A stretch of 33,349 nucleotides of DNA, taken from the NCBI GenBank assembly GCA_022813965.1, contig JALDZS010000085.1:62001-95349 (forward strand), given 5' to 3'. Position numbers and translations under genes: made by a program. This document shows positions 1 through 10,571 of the stretch, piece after piece. The notes below the pieces were generated by a model. The model saw nothing but the letters and a program-made list of their open reading frames with translations, was not told the DNA's origin and searched no databases. The stretch's first letter is position 1. Each line of letters begins with the position of its first letter. The stretch comes from Toensbergia leucococca (taxonomy: Eukaryota).

Positions 1-68
1 TTGGAATTGTTAGTAATAGTTCTGCAGTCTGTGCTTTATCCGTGTTGGGAAAATGGCTGAACACTTAC

Positions 69-996
69 AGCGAGAAAGAAATCGCTAATGTCGTGCGTAA
101 TGTAAACAGCCAGGCCCATGTAGGTGAAATGAAAGCGGTAACTTAACCAAATCAACGCCAACGTCACAATGTGATGCCCTACCAGCTCTTTGAAATCTTT
201 CCGCGGTTTCTCCAATTGAAGACACAACACTATGGCCTGCTGCGCCCAATAGCTGGCTTGTAACAAATAATAGGCTTTGAAGATGCCTTCATGGGTGCGG
301 TGAGGATATTCCTCATACATGGCCGAGGTATTAAAGTACCAGATGGGCGTGCGCGACATGACGTAGAGGCCAAAGGGCCCAAATACGGAGAAATACAGAG
401 CTGTATAGACTTGTTCCATGAAACGGGATTGCTTGGAACGAGAGCGGATGTTGAAGTGGATGGCGAGTGGTCGAATGAGGCTTTGCATGAGGAATTCGCG
501 AGTGAAGGAGAGAACAACGATATAGAAGGCGACAAAAGCGAAGTCGCGAGGCCCTTTGCCATATTGGGTTGGGGTGTTGATCCCATTCCGGGCGTGGGCA
601 GGTATGAGAGGGTCGTCAGGGGAAAGAGGGTATGAGAGGAAGATGGCGGCGTGGAGGGGATTGGAAGGCGTTGGATTGACAAAGTAGGCACATAGACAGA
701 TGATGATGAGGACAAGGGGGTTCACCCAGGTACGTCGGAACGAGAGATCTCTCCAGCGGCGGAAAAAGCTCCGGGCTTTCCGCCGTTTAGAATGAGGGCG
801 CGAAAGCTTTGTTTGGGAATTGTGCTGTCGAAGTTGGATGTCAGTGGAGATATGCTGATAGGAAGAAAGGCCATACCGGTGACAATGGCGGTGAGGCAAT
901 GGTGGGCATGGGCTCGAGGGTGGAAACAGCGGGGGCTCCAGTATCTCCCATGATGTCGGCGCCGAGGCCACTGTTCTTCCGTCGCGGTCTCGGCAT
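69..996 (-). CDS. Ceramide synthase (Lag1/Lac1, TLC domain), 5' part; continues beyond the left window edge. Exons 996-877, 824-69
   Basis: MPRPRRKNSGLG..GDTGAPA N-terminus; GT-AG intron 876-825 restores frame; Lag1p motif RKDFKELVGHHIVTLALIWLSY..HDISDFFLA; second donor GTAAGT at 68 with TACTAAC branch near 9-15. Confidence 0.93.
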
Positions 997-1805
997 CCTA
1001 TCCCTATTTCGCGGATCAGTGTCGAATCTTGAGTAATGTGCTCCGTACTCTTTCGAGTTGTCGCGGCATTGAAAAAGTCTGGTCGCGTGCTGATTAAGAT
1101 TATGGGGGGTCGGTGAGCAGCAGGGATTGGCATAAGTGGCACAGCTCAAAATGTGTAATCACCAAACCACCCAATCTTACTTACATGTTGGAATACGTCA
1201 CCTTTGGATCTATTACAGACGTAGAGTCAAGAGAGAAGAATGACAAGGCAGGGCAGATGAAGGCAGGAGTCATTCAAATCAATTTTACTCGTTACTGCAA
1301 TGTAACATCATAAGATGGTCATTCTATGGGGGCATGGAATATGTTTCTTTTCCTCAATTCGGCTTTCTCGGGCCACGGGACAGCTTTTCCATACGCATAG
1401 CAATTCGAGGATTAGCATCGAACATGCTTGACACTTGACAGCAATGACTCATAGCATAAATTTCATGGTATCCAATCACATCTATCCTGCCACATGCGAT
1501 ACGCACCTCGCCATTCGCCAACTAGAATAGAATAATTCAAAATCCCGAGCGGCAGAACATTGCTTCCGTCGCCGTCGGACTTCAACCCTCCATTACGAAG
1601 TAACTGAAATCCACTTCACAAACACCCAAGGAGCTTTGGATAGGTATGCACGAATACACCCTGTTAGCCTTGTGAATCGGACCGACGGACGGTAGCTGAC
1701 TGGAGGAAGATATAAACTAAGAATAGTTCAATTGTTGAACTTCTTTGAAAACCACTTTCTTTCTTTAAAGTGCCTACCCTCTCCCATTCCTTGCTCAATC
1801 ATTCT

Positions 1806-2600
1806 TCATACCTTCCGACCCATCAATCTCGTCTCTCTTGCTGCTATCCGCAATCCTCTCTCATGCTTCCTCACCGCCGCTTTCCTATCCGTTCGCACAC
1901 TTTCAAACACTCGATCCCAAAAGCCAGTATACACGCTAAAATTACTCTTCATGCCCCATCTCTGCTGACGGAAGTCGTAAGACTTCGCCTCGCTTTTAGC
2001 CAAGTAGCCGATATACTACAAAGGCGGGTATACCCAAAATAGAAAGCTTATCAATGGAAATGTCGAATCTGTAGAAATAAGTGGTAGTTCGTATTCCGAA
2101 AATTCAATCTCACTTACATTGCTTGAACAAACTTGTGTAGAGAGAACATATAGAAGGAACAAAAGCTTACACGGAAGGAATCTATACTCAGATATCAAGT
2201 ACATTGAAAGGTAACAATGAAAATACGGACAAGCTGTGCAGCATTGAATTTGGGTAAAATATAACAATCCTTATTTTCCTGAAAAAAGGCTCTCTTCCCA
2301 AGAGAAGTCGCTTCTGCAAATTCCGTTTGATTCTTCGGTCTCTTATGACGAGACGCGCGTCTGAATTAACCCCAGGTCGTAGATGCTTTCTTCGCTGTGA
2401 CTTCGACACCGTCTCCTTTAGAGAGAGATAGGGAGCTTGGTGGCTAGGAGGTTTGTGGCTTGGTCGGATCTGGCGGAAGCATGTATAGGAAAGGGAGCGT
2501 AGATTTGATTGGGGGCGTGATGGCAAGAACATGGATGGATACGGTTGTGAAGACGACTGTTGCCAAAGACCATGATTTCCGAGGGTTTGGGCGAGCTGTA
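1806..2600 (-). pseudogene. Degenerate fatty-acid-hydroxylase family (SUR2-like sphinganine C4-hydroxylase) remnant
   Basis: Fragment PL*YI..YDFRQQRWGMKSNFSVYTGFWDRVF resembles the SUR2 C-terminus (PLQ..YHDIHHQSWGIKTNFSQPFFTFWDR). Fragment RLHNRIH..HH..QIYAPF (~2490-2555) resembles the second His box. Stops, frame breaks and lost His residues; upstream limit uncertain. Confidence 0.45.
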
Positions 2601-2888
2601 CTTTCCCAACAAATCTGACGGTATCTTCTTCGTAGAGCGTCGATCTGAAGAGTGATCTTTCTCCAAAAATAGCCCTCAGCGACGTCCTAAAGCGGGCTAA
2701 CATGTGTTCCATAGCCCGACATGTAAGTTTAGAAGACATGCACTCATGTACCTTCGCTCCAAGGAGCACCGAGACCAAAGGCCTGGTCCTCCAAACCTGG
2801 TGGACTAGGTATTCCTCTAGGGTGCACGCAACGAGTATGCAATTCCAGCTCAACATGTAGACTTGAGCTCAATTGGTAAATATCCTCT

Positions 2889-4695
2889 TCATATGTCTTT
2901 CGAGTCCATCTTCCAAATCTCAACATGCTTAACACATTCTCGATTGATCATCCGCACTTTCCTTCGAAACTCTTGCTTCTCACCATGTCCATTTTGCTCC
3001 ACAGCGATAGGATCTGAGATTTCGAAAACATAATCACTCAGACCAACCCATTTCATGCTGCTCCACTGGAGCTTGGACATTTCATTCTCCATTGCTGCAC
3101 AATGTTTTCCCGTGTCAAGTTGATGCATCTTATCTCTAAAGGCTGGATTTTCAGGACTATCGAGAATCCGGAAGGCTGATAGCTTTTGGAGGATGGGTAC
3201 CATGAGACGGACAAATTCAAAAGCTGTGACATCAAAGCCAACGCCCATTTGCTCAAGGTTAGGACAACTGCGAATAATGCGTGCAAGATCCTCGGCTGAG
3301 AGCCGCCATTGAGGCATCAACAAAAGGTGGCGAAGTGTACTGCCATGGAAGTTGCAGAGATTATTAATATAATCCTTGGCTAGGCTAAGGGCAGGGATTT
3401 CATGAGGTGTTGGAGGCGAGCTGAGAGTGGGAGTGGGGATACCGCCATTATTCTGGATCAACTTACTCGTCCCATTGATCCTATTGTCGCTGTGTGTTTG
3501 TGCACTGACCAGATAAAACATCTCGAGACCACTATATTTGGCCAGGATTTCACATTGTCCCATTGATATCTTATCTGTACGTAGCATTTTTAGATTAGGT
3601 ACCGGATCAGGCTTATTCAATTGCCAATCGTGATCCACGAACATGGTACCCCCATCCTCTCCAAGCCCGCCTGTACTGTTTATTAGTGTGAGCTCTTGCC
3701 ATTTGGTCCAATCAAACATTGCACCAAAGTTTCCTTCGCTTCGGGCATATAGATTATGTAGTGCTAGGCTCTTGATCGTCAACCTGTGCTTTGCCGCTAT
3801 GACCTTGCCGAAATACGAATTCAGACTGACACTAGGCTCGCGGGCGTTTCGCATGCGAGGACTCCAATGCAAGATTAATTCTTGGAGTTCCTTCGATCCA
3901 AATATCAGCATGGATATGTCGTCAGGATAGCACAGTGGATCTATGTCAGTGATTTTCAATATCGTCAGATTTGCCATTGGCGGTACGATTAGGGTTGGCC
4001 GAGGTACTCTCGTCAAAGGAAACTTAACAGTGAGCTGAGTCAAAGCTGGCCTTCGGGCGAGACTGTGCCATAACGCCGGCATCATCTTAGTATTTAGATC
4101 CCACCTGAACGTGTTAAGCCATTCCATTTTGTCCACGGCTAGTCGGATCAGGCAGTTCAGGAGCATAGTACCATCAGGCACTCTCCCAACTTTGGCGTAT
4201 TCCTCAAGCTCATCCTCCTTCCATTCCCCACGAAGCGTAAAGTTCTTTGTGTATCCGGCGACGTTTCTTGACACGAGGCCGTTCAAGCCCATGACGAACG
4301 GACTTGCGGCACCACAGCCTTCAGGTCGGCCATCATGTTGATAGTGTATATAGTCATAGGACTTCAATGACACGTTGGAGTAAAGTTGAGGCAAGGTCAT
4401 GTAGTGGAGCTGGCCAACAGCTTAGCCAAGGCAGCAGTGAGAGAATGGATAATGTACCTACTACACGGCAGGTCCGGCATGCATTTGCCAGATCAGCAGG
4501 ATGATCAAGCTAGACATGGGTGAGCAACTCCATTGGAACTGTCTAAGCTGTTTGGAGTCATACAAAAGATATGATGACCATTATCAGATTCATAGGGAGT
4601 GAAAAGGCGTTGGCGGCATAGGGTTGTCCATCTCCCTGGCCATTAGTATAGACCAAGGAATCGAACATGTTTGTATTCATGTGCGAATACACCAT
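2889..4695 (-). CDS. F-box domain protein with LRR/RNI-like C-terminus. Exons ~4695-4564, 4509-4462, 4409-2889
   Basis: Splicing two GT-AG introns gives the F-box signature FSLPMNLIMVIISF|LDHPADLANACRTCRV|LHYMTLPQLY joined to the 503-aa ORF; start codon could be 4695, 4680 or 4668. Confidence 0.8.
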
Positions 4696-5305
4696 ATTGA
4701 CCACTACTTCCTAGGAGCCCGACATTGTTCATTCAAAGAGAAGTGGACTGCCGAACCTGATTTATTTAAATGTAAATGCCAAGAAGACAAGCGCCGCTCA
4801 ATCGCCGCTTGAATCTGATGCGCGAGCTGCTGCCTAATTCCGACAATTAATTGCATTTGCAGTCCCAGATGCATCAAGCAATACAGATATGCGCTTGCGA
4901 GTCATGATTCAAATTGTGGATGATATTTCAAGGCCCCATTGGCCCCAATGAAGGAACATTATCAATTGCCCAGATCTATACGGCCAGTCTCGGGACAGGA
5001 CGGCAACTCCATAGTAATGCATTAGGTAGGCATCTAGTCGATTGTTGTGACATCTTTTAGAGTGCCACCAAATAGGTATACTGTACTAGAAAAGAATTGA
5101 ACTAAAAAAAACTGATAGTGACCACGATCGTACGGTCTGAGGATTGCCATTGATTATTAATGTGGCGAAGGACGTGTAGACTCGTTGAGTAAGAATAGGC
5201 AGTACAATTACTTCAAGCAATAAGAACTATTAGATAATAAATTCGAATCTGTTGGCGAATGAAGGAGTATTGGCAATCGAAAAATGCAACTTCTTTCTTC
5301 TTGTT

Positions 5306-6485
5306 TTACAGAGAAACAACCACCTTCTTCGCGGACATGCCTTTTTTCTGCATATCAAATCCAGCCTGAACATGCTCCAGACCTTTTCCAACGATCTGTG
5401 GATCTGGAGCAGCGATATAGGTACGATCTAGAGCATCGGGAAGAAAGTCCTGGTAGATGGCCTTGCCGACATGGTTGTCGACAAGAGTAGAGCCTACGAT
5501 GAGATTGTAACGTATTCCTCTTGCTTTGGATTTAAGCCAGTAGGAAATACTCCGAGATACAAAGTACAGAATAGTTAAAAGCAAAACGAATCTCTTGGGT
5601 GCTGGTTCAGGCATGGGATAAGTGGCCATGGCCATGAATTTGTCACCGCTGCATTTGTCAAGTATGTCGAAGCAGGCCTCGGCCGCTCCATGACCGACGG
5701 ACAATGCACCTGCAGTTGTTTTGTCCTTGAAGGCTTGGATCAAGTCATCAACTACCGTCTTGCTCTTATAGTCAAAGACCTTGCTAGCACCGAGTTTTCT
5801 CACGTAATCAAAGTTCTTTAGCGAGGCAGTCTGTATAAGATTAGGTAGTCAGTATCATTTCGTTGAATAAGGTGAGTTTCATGTCAGCCCCCAGATTACT
5901 TACAGTAATGACTTCGTAGCCAGCAGCAACAGCAAGCTGAATAGCATTGCTACCAACACTTGTCGAACCTCCCCAGACAAGTAGAGTCTTGTTCGTTGGA
6001 GACTTTGGAGGCACGGAAGGGAGTTGAAGTGCGAGCTGATCATCTTGAAATAAGCCTGTGGCTGCTGTTGATAATCCCAGAGGGATGACAGCAGCGCTTT
6101 CGTAGGACAAGGTGGCGGGAATTGGGGATGTCATATGGGGTAAAAGGACGGTATATGCCTGGAAAGCAGACTCGGTGGCGGTATTACGCTTCTGGTTCGT
6201 TCCTGCTGCATGGGCAACGACACGATCGCCGACTTTGAAGCGAGTGACAGCGCTACCGACGTCAACAACCTCGCCAGCAACGTCTGTGCCGAGGATAAAG
6301 GGGGACTTGATCCAGGGGTAGACCATGCCGGGCTTGTCTTGTTTCAACCAATCTATTGGATTAATGGCCACTGCACCATTTTTTATGACAATTTGATCTT
6401 CATGCGGTGAAGTGTAAGGTGCAGACCTGACCTCAAGAATATTGGCTTTTGAGGAGGTCAGCCAGGCTGCTGTGTTGTGAGGCAT
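5306..6485 (-). CDS. MDR-family NAD(P)-dependent oxidoreductase (CipB/enoyl-reductase-like). Exons 6485-5904, 5830-5306
   Basis: AINPIDW, GTDVAGEVVDVGSAVTRFKVGDRV, nucleotide-binding LLVWGGSTSVGSNAIQLA; intron 5903-5831 joins YEVIT|TASLKNFDYVRKLGA; C-terminal SAKKVVVSL. Confidence 0.92.
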
Positions 6486-6793
6486 TTTGATTGTGGACGA
6501 AGACTTGGAATTGACGAGAAAAGTTCTGCTAAAGATAGAACAAGACGAGGCAGCAACAGTGCTTCTAGAAGAGGCGTTGTTTAAGAAATGTTCACTTGCA
6601 AGAAGGATGGATATATAAAAAACATCGACTCAGATAGAGAAGGGCGAGGGAAGCTTTATACTTGAAAACTACTACTGGGGTTTCTCGGACAATCATTGTC
6701 GAGTTCGACGGACATGGGAAGAATGCTCATGAACGTTGAAGCTGAAGATCGATGCACACTTTCTGTCCACACGCCCTTGACATATTTATCGAT

Positions 6794-7064
6794 TGAGATT
6801 AGCGCAATCATCGTAGGCGATGTGAGGTTAGCGCGACGATAGATCTAAAAGGCCACGGAGTATGAAATGAATTCAGCGCGTTCCAGGTCCATAATCCACG
6901 ACATGATTGGTATCCAGCTCAGAGGCAAGTAATGCGAGGCTTGTCACCGAGATATGATGGTGTAAGGTTAGCGCAATTGTGGTATGCGAAGTGAGGTTAG
7001 CTTAGCGTCAAACCCGAATATTCAGATGAGCTAGCATAGATAAATAGGCGAAACGGGGTTAGCG
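6794..7064. promoter_or_regulatory. Five copies of a (GTGAG)GTTAGCG motif in the divergent promoter
   Basis: tgagattagcgc 6794, gtgaggttagcgc 6822, gtaaggttagcgc 6962, gtgaggttagcttagcg 6991, cggggttagcg 7054; all in the same orientation. Confidence 0.45.
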
Positions 7065-7256
7065 TGGTGGCGTGATGGCGTACATACCTAAATGATTGTA
7101 AATGGTTGTGTTCCGACAACATTAGTGACATTCCTCGATTGAAAGCAACCATGAACAGAGTTGTCGTCATCAACCACAGCGAGGTATCTCATGAGCCGAG
7201 ACAGATGGCATGGCATCACTCTTTACACCGTACCTGCCCGTATCATAGTCAAAATT

Positions 7257-8582
7257 ATGTCAGTCCCTTTTCCATCATCCAAAAAAGCCGTCAGCCGTTC
7301 ACTCAGCGCTCCCAAAAGATCTCGACAGGGATGCGGTAATTGCAAGCTTCGTAAAGTAAAGGTAGGGAGGCAGGCCTTCACGTTTTTCAATTCTTTATCT
7401 GATCAACGCTTGAAGTGTGATGAGATCAAGCCAAATTGCAAAAGATGCACCATCTATGGCGTCTTCTGTAATTACGATCGCCAATACGAAGATTTACAAT
7501 TATCCTGCAATGGAGCCATCAAGATCTTTCAGAAAGTTCCAAACTCGCCAAATCAAATCACTCCTAGCCCCATCTCTCCTATAGTAATACAAGAGTCGGG
7601 TACATCTCGTGGAAGTAAGGCTATATATCAGATAAAGGACAAAGACTTGGAGCTGCTGAGCAAGTTCCAAACAAGGACGGTCCTCACTATAACCGCAGAC
7701 AAAAGTCTTCGCATATATCAAAATGAAATTGTCAAGCTCGCCTGCTCTGTAAGATTGCTCTACGTCTGCACTGTGTGTTGTGCTAAATTGATGGACTAGT
7801 TCCCATTCTTAATGCATGCTGTACTGGCACTGACCCTGATGCATGACCGCCATCTGTCCATAAAGCTCGATACAAAACAGTCCCCCATTGAAGCCTTTCA
7901 TTGGTATCGCAGTATAGCTTTATTCAACAGCAGGCTATCGGCACCAGTGGAGCCTTCCGAGCGAGATGCCCTCTGGGCCACAGCCGCTCTATTTGGTGTC
8001 ATCGCATTCGGCCATGTGGAGGCCAAGACGCCCGATGAAGCATGGCCGCTCGCGCCACCTTCATCTTTGGATCTCAACTGGCTGAAGATGAGCGACGGAA
8101 AGAAAGAAATATGGAACATCACCCAGCCATTTAGAGCTGACTGCGTGTTTCAAGTCCTGGCTCTTGAGTATATTACTTTTCTACCCACCCCGAAAGGACC
8201 TGGGCTCGAGGCCCTTCCTTCTGAGCTCATCCGTCTATACAATCTCGACGCCTCGTCAACCGTAGACAACAATCCGTACCATTCCGCTGCATTAACACTC
8301 GCAAAGTCCCTGAATATTGACTGCCAGTACACCGCCATTCTGAATTTTTGGTCCTTTGTGAGGCAAATGGGCCCAGACTATAGAAAATTACTCGAGCAAA
8401 AGGATCCGCGCGCGCTTCTTCTACTAGCATATTTCTATGCCCCGATCTGCCATTCCCAGTATTGGTGGGCGAGGCGGACGACGGTAGAATGTCAAGCCAT
8501 CTGCATATATCTGGAAACATATCATGGACATGAAACCAACGTTCAGATCCTTTTGCAATTCCCAAAGATGATGTGTAAATGA
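7257..8582 (+). CDS. Zn(II)2Cys6 transcription factor (Upc2-like C-terminal domain). Exons 7257-7361, 7416-7748, 7800-8582
   Basis: RSRQGCGNCKLRKVK|CDEIKPNCKRCTIYGVFCNY binuclear cluster after splicing; FPFLMHAVLAL and DPRALLLLAYFYA motifs; alternative ATG at 7191. Confidence 0.9.
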
Positions 8583-9282
8583 TGTTGTTACAGAGGTTTA
8601 GGCAGGTGCAATCAAAGGCCAAAGTCTCTTCAGGTCGCCCTAGAAGGTACTATTTTCTATGTCATCTCCTTTTAATTGTTTATCGCGCGGAGGAAAGATA
8701 CAGGTTGAATGCAATTTGACTGATTGTGCCAGAACGAGTCATGCGCGTATTCATAACGGTGAGCTTCACGCAAACCGTCAGCGAGGTGGTCATATCCCTT
8801 CATTCAATTCATCACAATACCAGAGCCGGAAAGCCGAGATGAAAGTCTGCATGCCTGGAGCCTGCTCCTCCAGAGTTTGAGCTCGATTGCCTGCCTATGC
8901 AGCTACGATACCGGAATACTACTCCGGCAGTAACTTCCTCAATACTCTTGCAAGCAAACCGCTATGATCATTCAGCCGACAGTCTCAACGGACGGCCCGC
9001 TGTGATAAGTATCTAGCACCACGTTCCTAGGCTAGGAACATCTCTCCTGAATTCAAAAGTCAAGAAGGACTGAAAAAACTTTTCATGGTGAAAACTTGAC
9101 GCTTACACAAATGTGAGAACTGTGATTGAGTTCCTCTGTAGTGATAAAGCTGCAGCTTCTTTTGTTCAAATATTGTATTTACTCTTTTTCTTGAGAAGCA
9201 CATACTTCTTTTTTCTCCTAGGTAAGTTTGCTTCTAGATGGCAACGCGAATAAAAAGGTTTAATGGCTGTCATGGTGATAGA

Positions 9283-9406
9283 GAATCGAGGCAAAATGTG
9301 GTGCAGGATGATAAGATTTCCCTCAGTGATCTTGCGCCCAAGCAGGGTGGGGGGCGGGGGCGTCCAGGTATCAAAACGGGGTGTTCAGTCATCAGTACCC
9401 TATTTA
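9283..9406. repeat. Additional diverged copy of the fold-back element arm (right-arm orientation)
   Basis: gaatcgaggcaaaatgtggtgc matches gaattgaggcagaatgtggtgc at 10091; tatcaaaacggggtgt matches tatcgaaatggggtgt at 10209. Confidence 0.55.
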
Positions 9407-9540
9407 GATTCTCAACTCTCACAAAAAAGTCATGTTTTTGATTGTTAACACACATATCTTAGCATAGAATCCTTTCTCTCTCTCTCTCTTCCCCTCTTGT
9501 CTTGTATCAATCTTATCAAAAAACCTTTTTTCTATATATA

Positions 9541-10245
9541 TAGCGTTTCAAAATTCTGACACCCCATTTTGATATTCTGACACCCTCCCCGCAAAAACTA
9601 CCTGATTAGGCAACAGAACGCATGAGCGCAGAGGGAAACATCATGATTTCACACCTATATTTCTCACCGAGTTCTCCGCACTAGGCGCGGGCGCAAATAC
9701 TGACGCGTTTTGCATCCTCACACTCATCATCTATCACCCTATCATCTATTCACCTTTTTGAAAGTCTTTGAATCTACTAATTGTAGTTCAACTGAGGTCA
9801 AAACAAAGATAAGGTGTGAAATCATGATATTTTCCCTATGATTTGGGGGGTGGAGGTGGGAAAAATCGAGTCAAATTTTGATTTATGCATCTTTGCCATG
9901 TTTTCTCTGGGCAAATAGAAAAGAATAGTCTATTGCGCCTCGTGGGTTGGTGCGCTTTGGGGGGTGGGGGTGGGAATACCAAGCCAAAATCATGGTACGG
10001 GAGTTCAAGATTATGAAATTTTCCTCTGGTCATCCTGCTCCTGAATGAAATCGCGATTGAGGGTGTAGATGGCATGCAATAGAGGTTTGGGAATTGAGGC
10101 AGAATGTGGTGCGAAATCATGATGTTTGTCTGTGCGCCTGTGGGTTCTATTGCCTGATCGGGTATTAGTAGGGGTGGGTGTCGGAATATCCAAATGGGGG
10201 CGTAGGATTATCGAAATGGGGTGTCGGAATATTGAAACCCTTTAT
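9541..10245. mobile_element. Non-autonomous fold-back/MITE-like DNA element with ~115-135 bp imperfect terminal inverted repeats
   Basis: Reverse complement of 9541-9655 aligns with 10108-10242; arms contain ~21-bp tandem subrepeats (GGGGTGTCRGAAT core); AT-rich flanks; no coding capacity. Confidence 0.7.
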
Positions 10246-10571
10246 AAAAAGGTGCCAATTTGATCCAAGCCCTTACCATCTCGTTTGACGACCACCAAAC
10301 CCATCACAATCCCAGCCACAAACCTTTACGGCCCCCCTTACTCGCCTCCCACCCAACCTCCCCGACAAACCCGGCCACAAACGCGCTCATCCCCCCTCCC
10401 ATCAAAGGCCCCTCCTACCTCACCCAAAACCCCAAAACAAATCAATCTCAATCCCCCTCACCGCATGAAGAAGAAGAAAGGTTCACCCTTAACCCTTCCT
10501 CCCACCCTTCCCACCTCCCCACTCCCCTCTCCACCTAATCTCCCGTACCTGAACCCCTCCCCTCCGCCCTC

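Noticed and set aside
997..1142. N-terminal extension of the 368-aa ORF (MPLMPIP...) and a short uORF from ATG 1069
   Set aside because: The spliced model starting at 996 gives the family-typical N-terminus; the extension is an artefact of reading through intron 1; the uORF has no supporting evidence
2188..2856. 222-aa minus-strand ORF as a real gene
   Set aside because: No recognisable motifs; better explained as an open frame over pseudogene debris
4581..4589. ATCTGATAA (SreA-like) site
   Set aside because: Single copy inside an F-box coding exon; probably chance
9474..9542. (CT)n and (TA)n microsatellites
   Set aside because: Short and common; relevant only as flanks of the fold-back element
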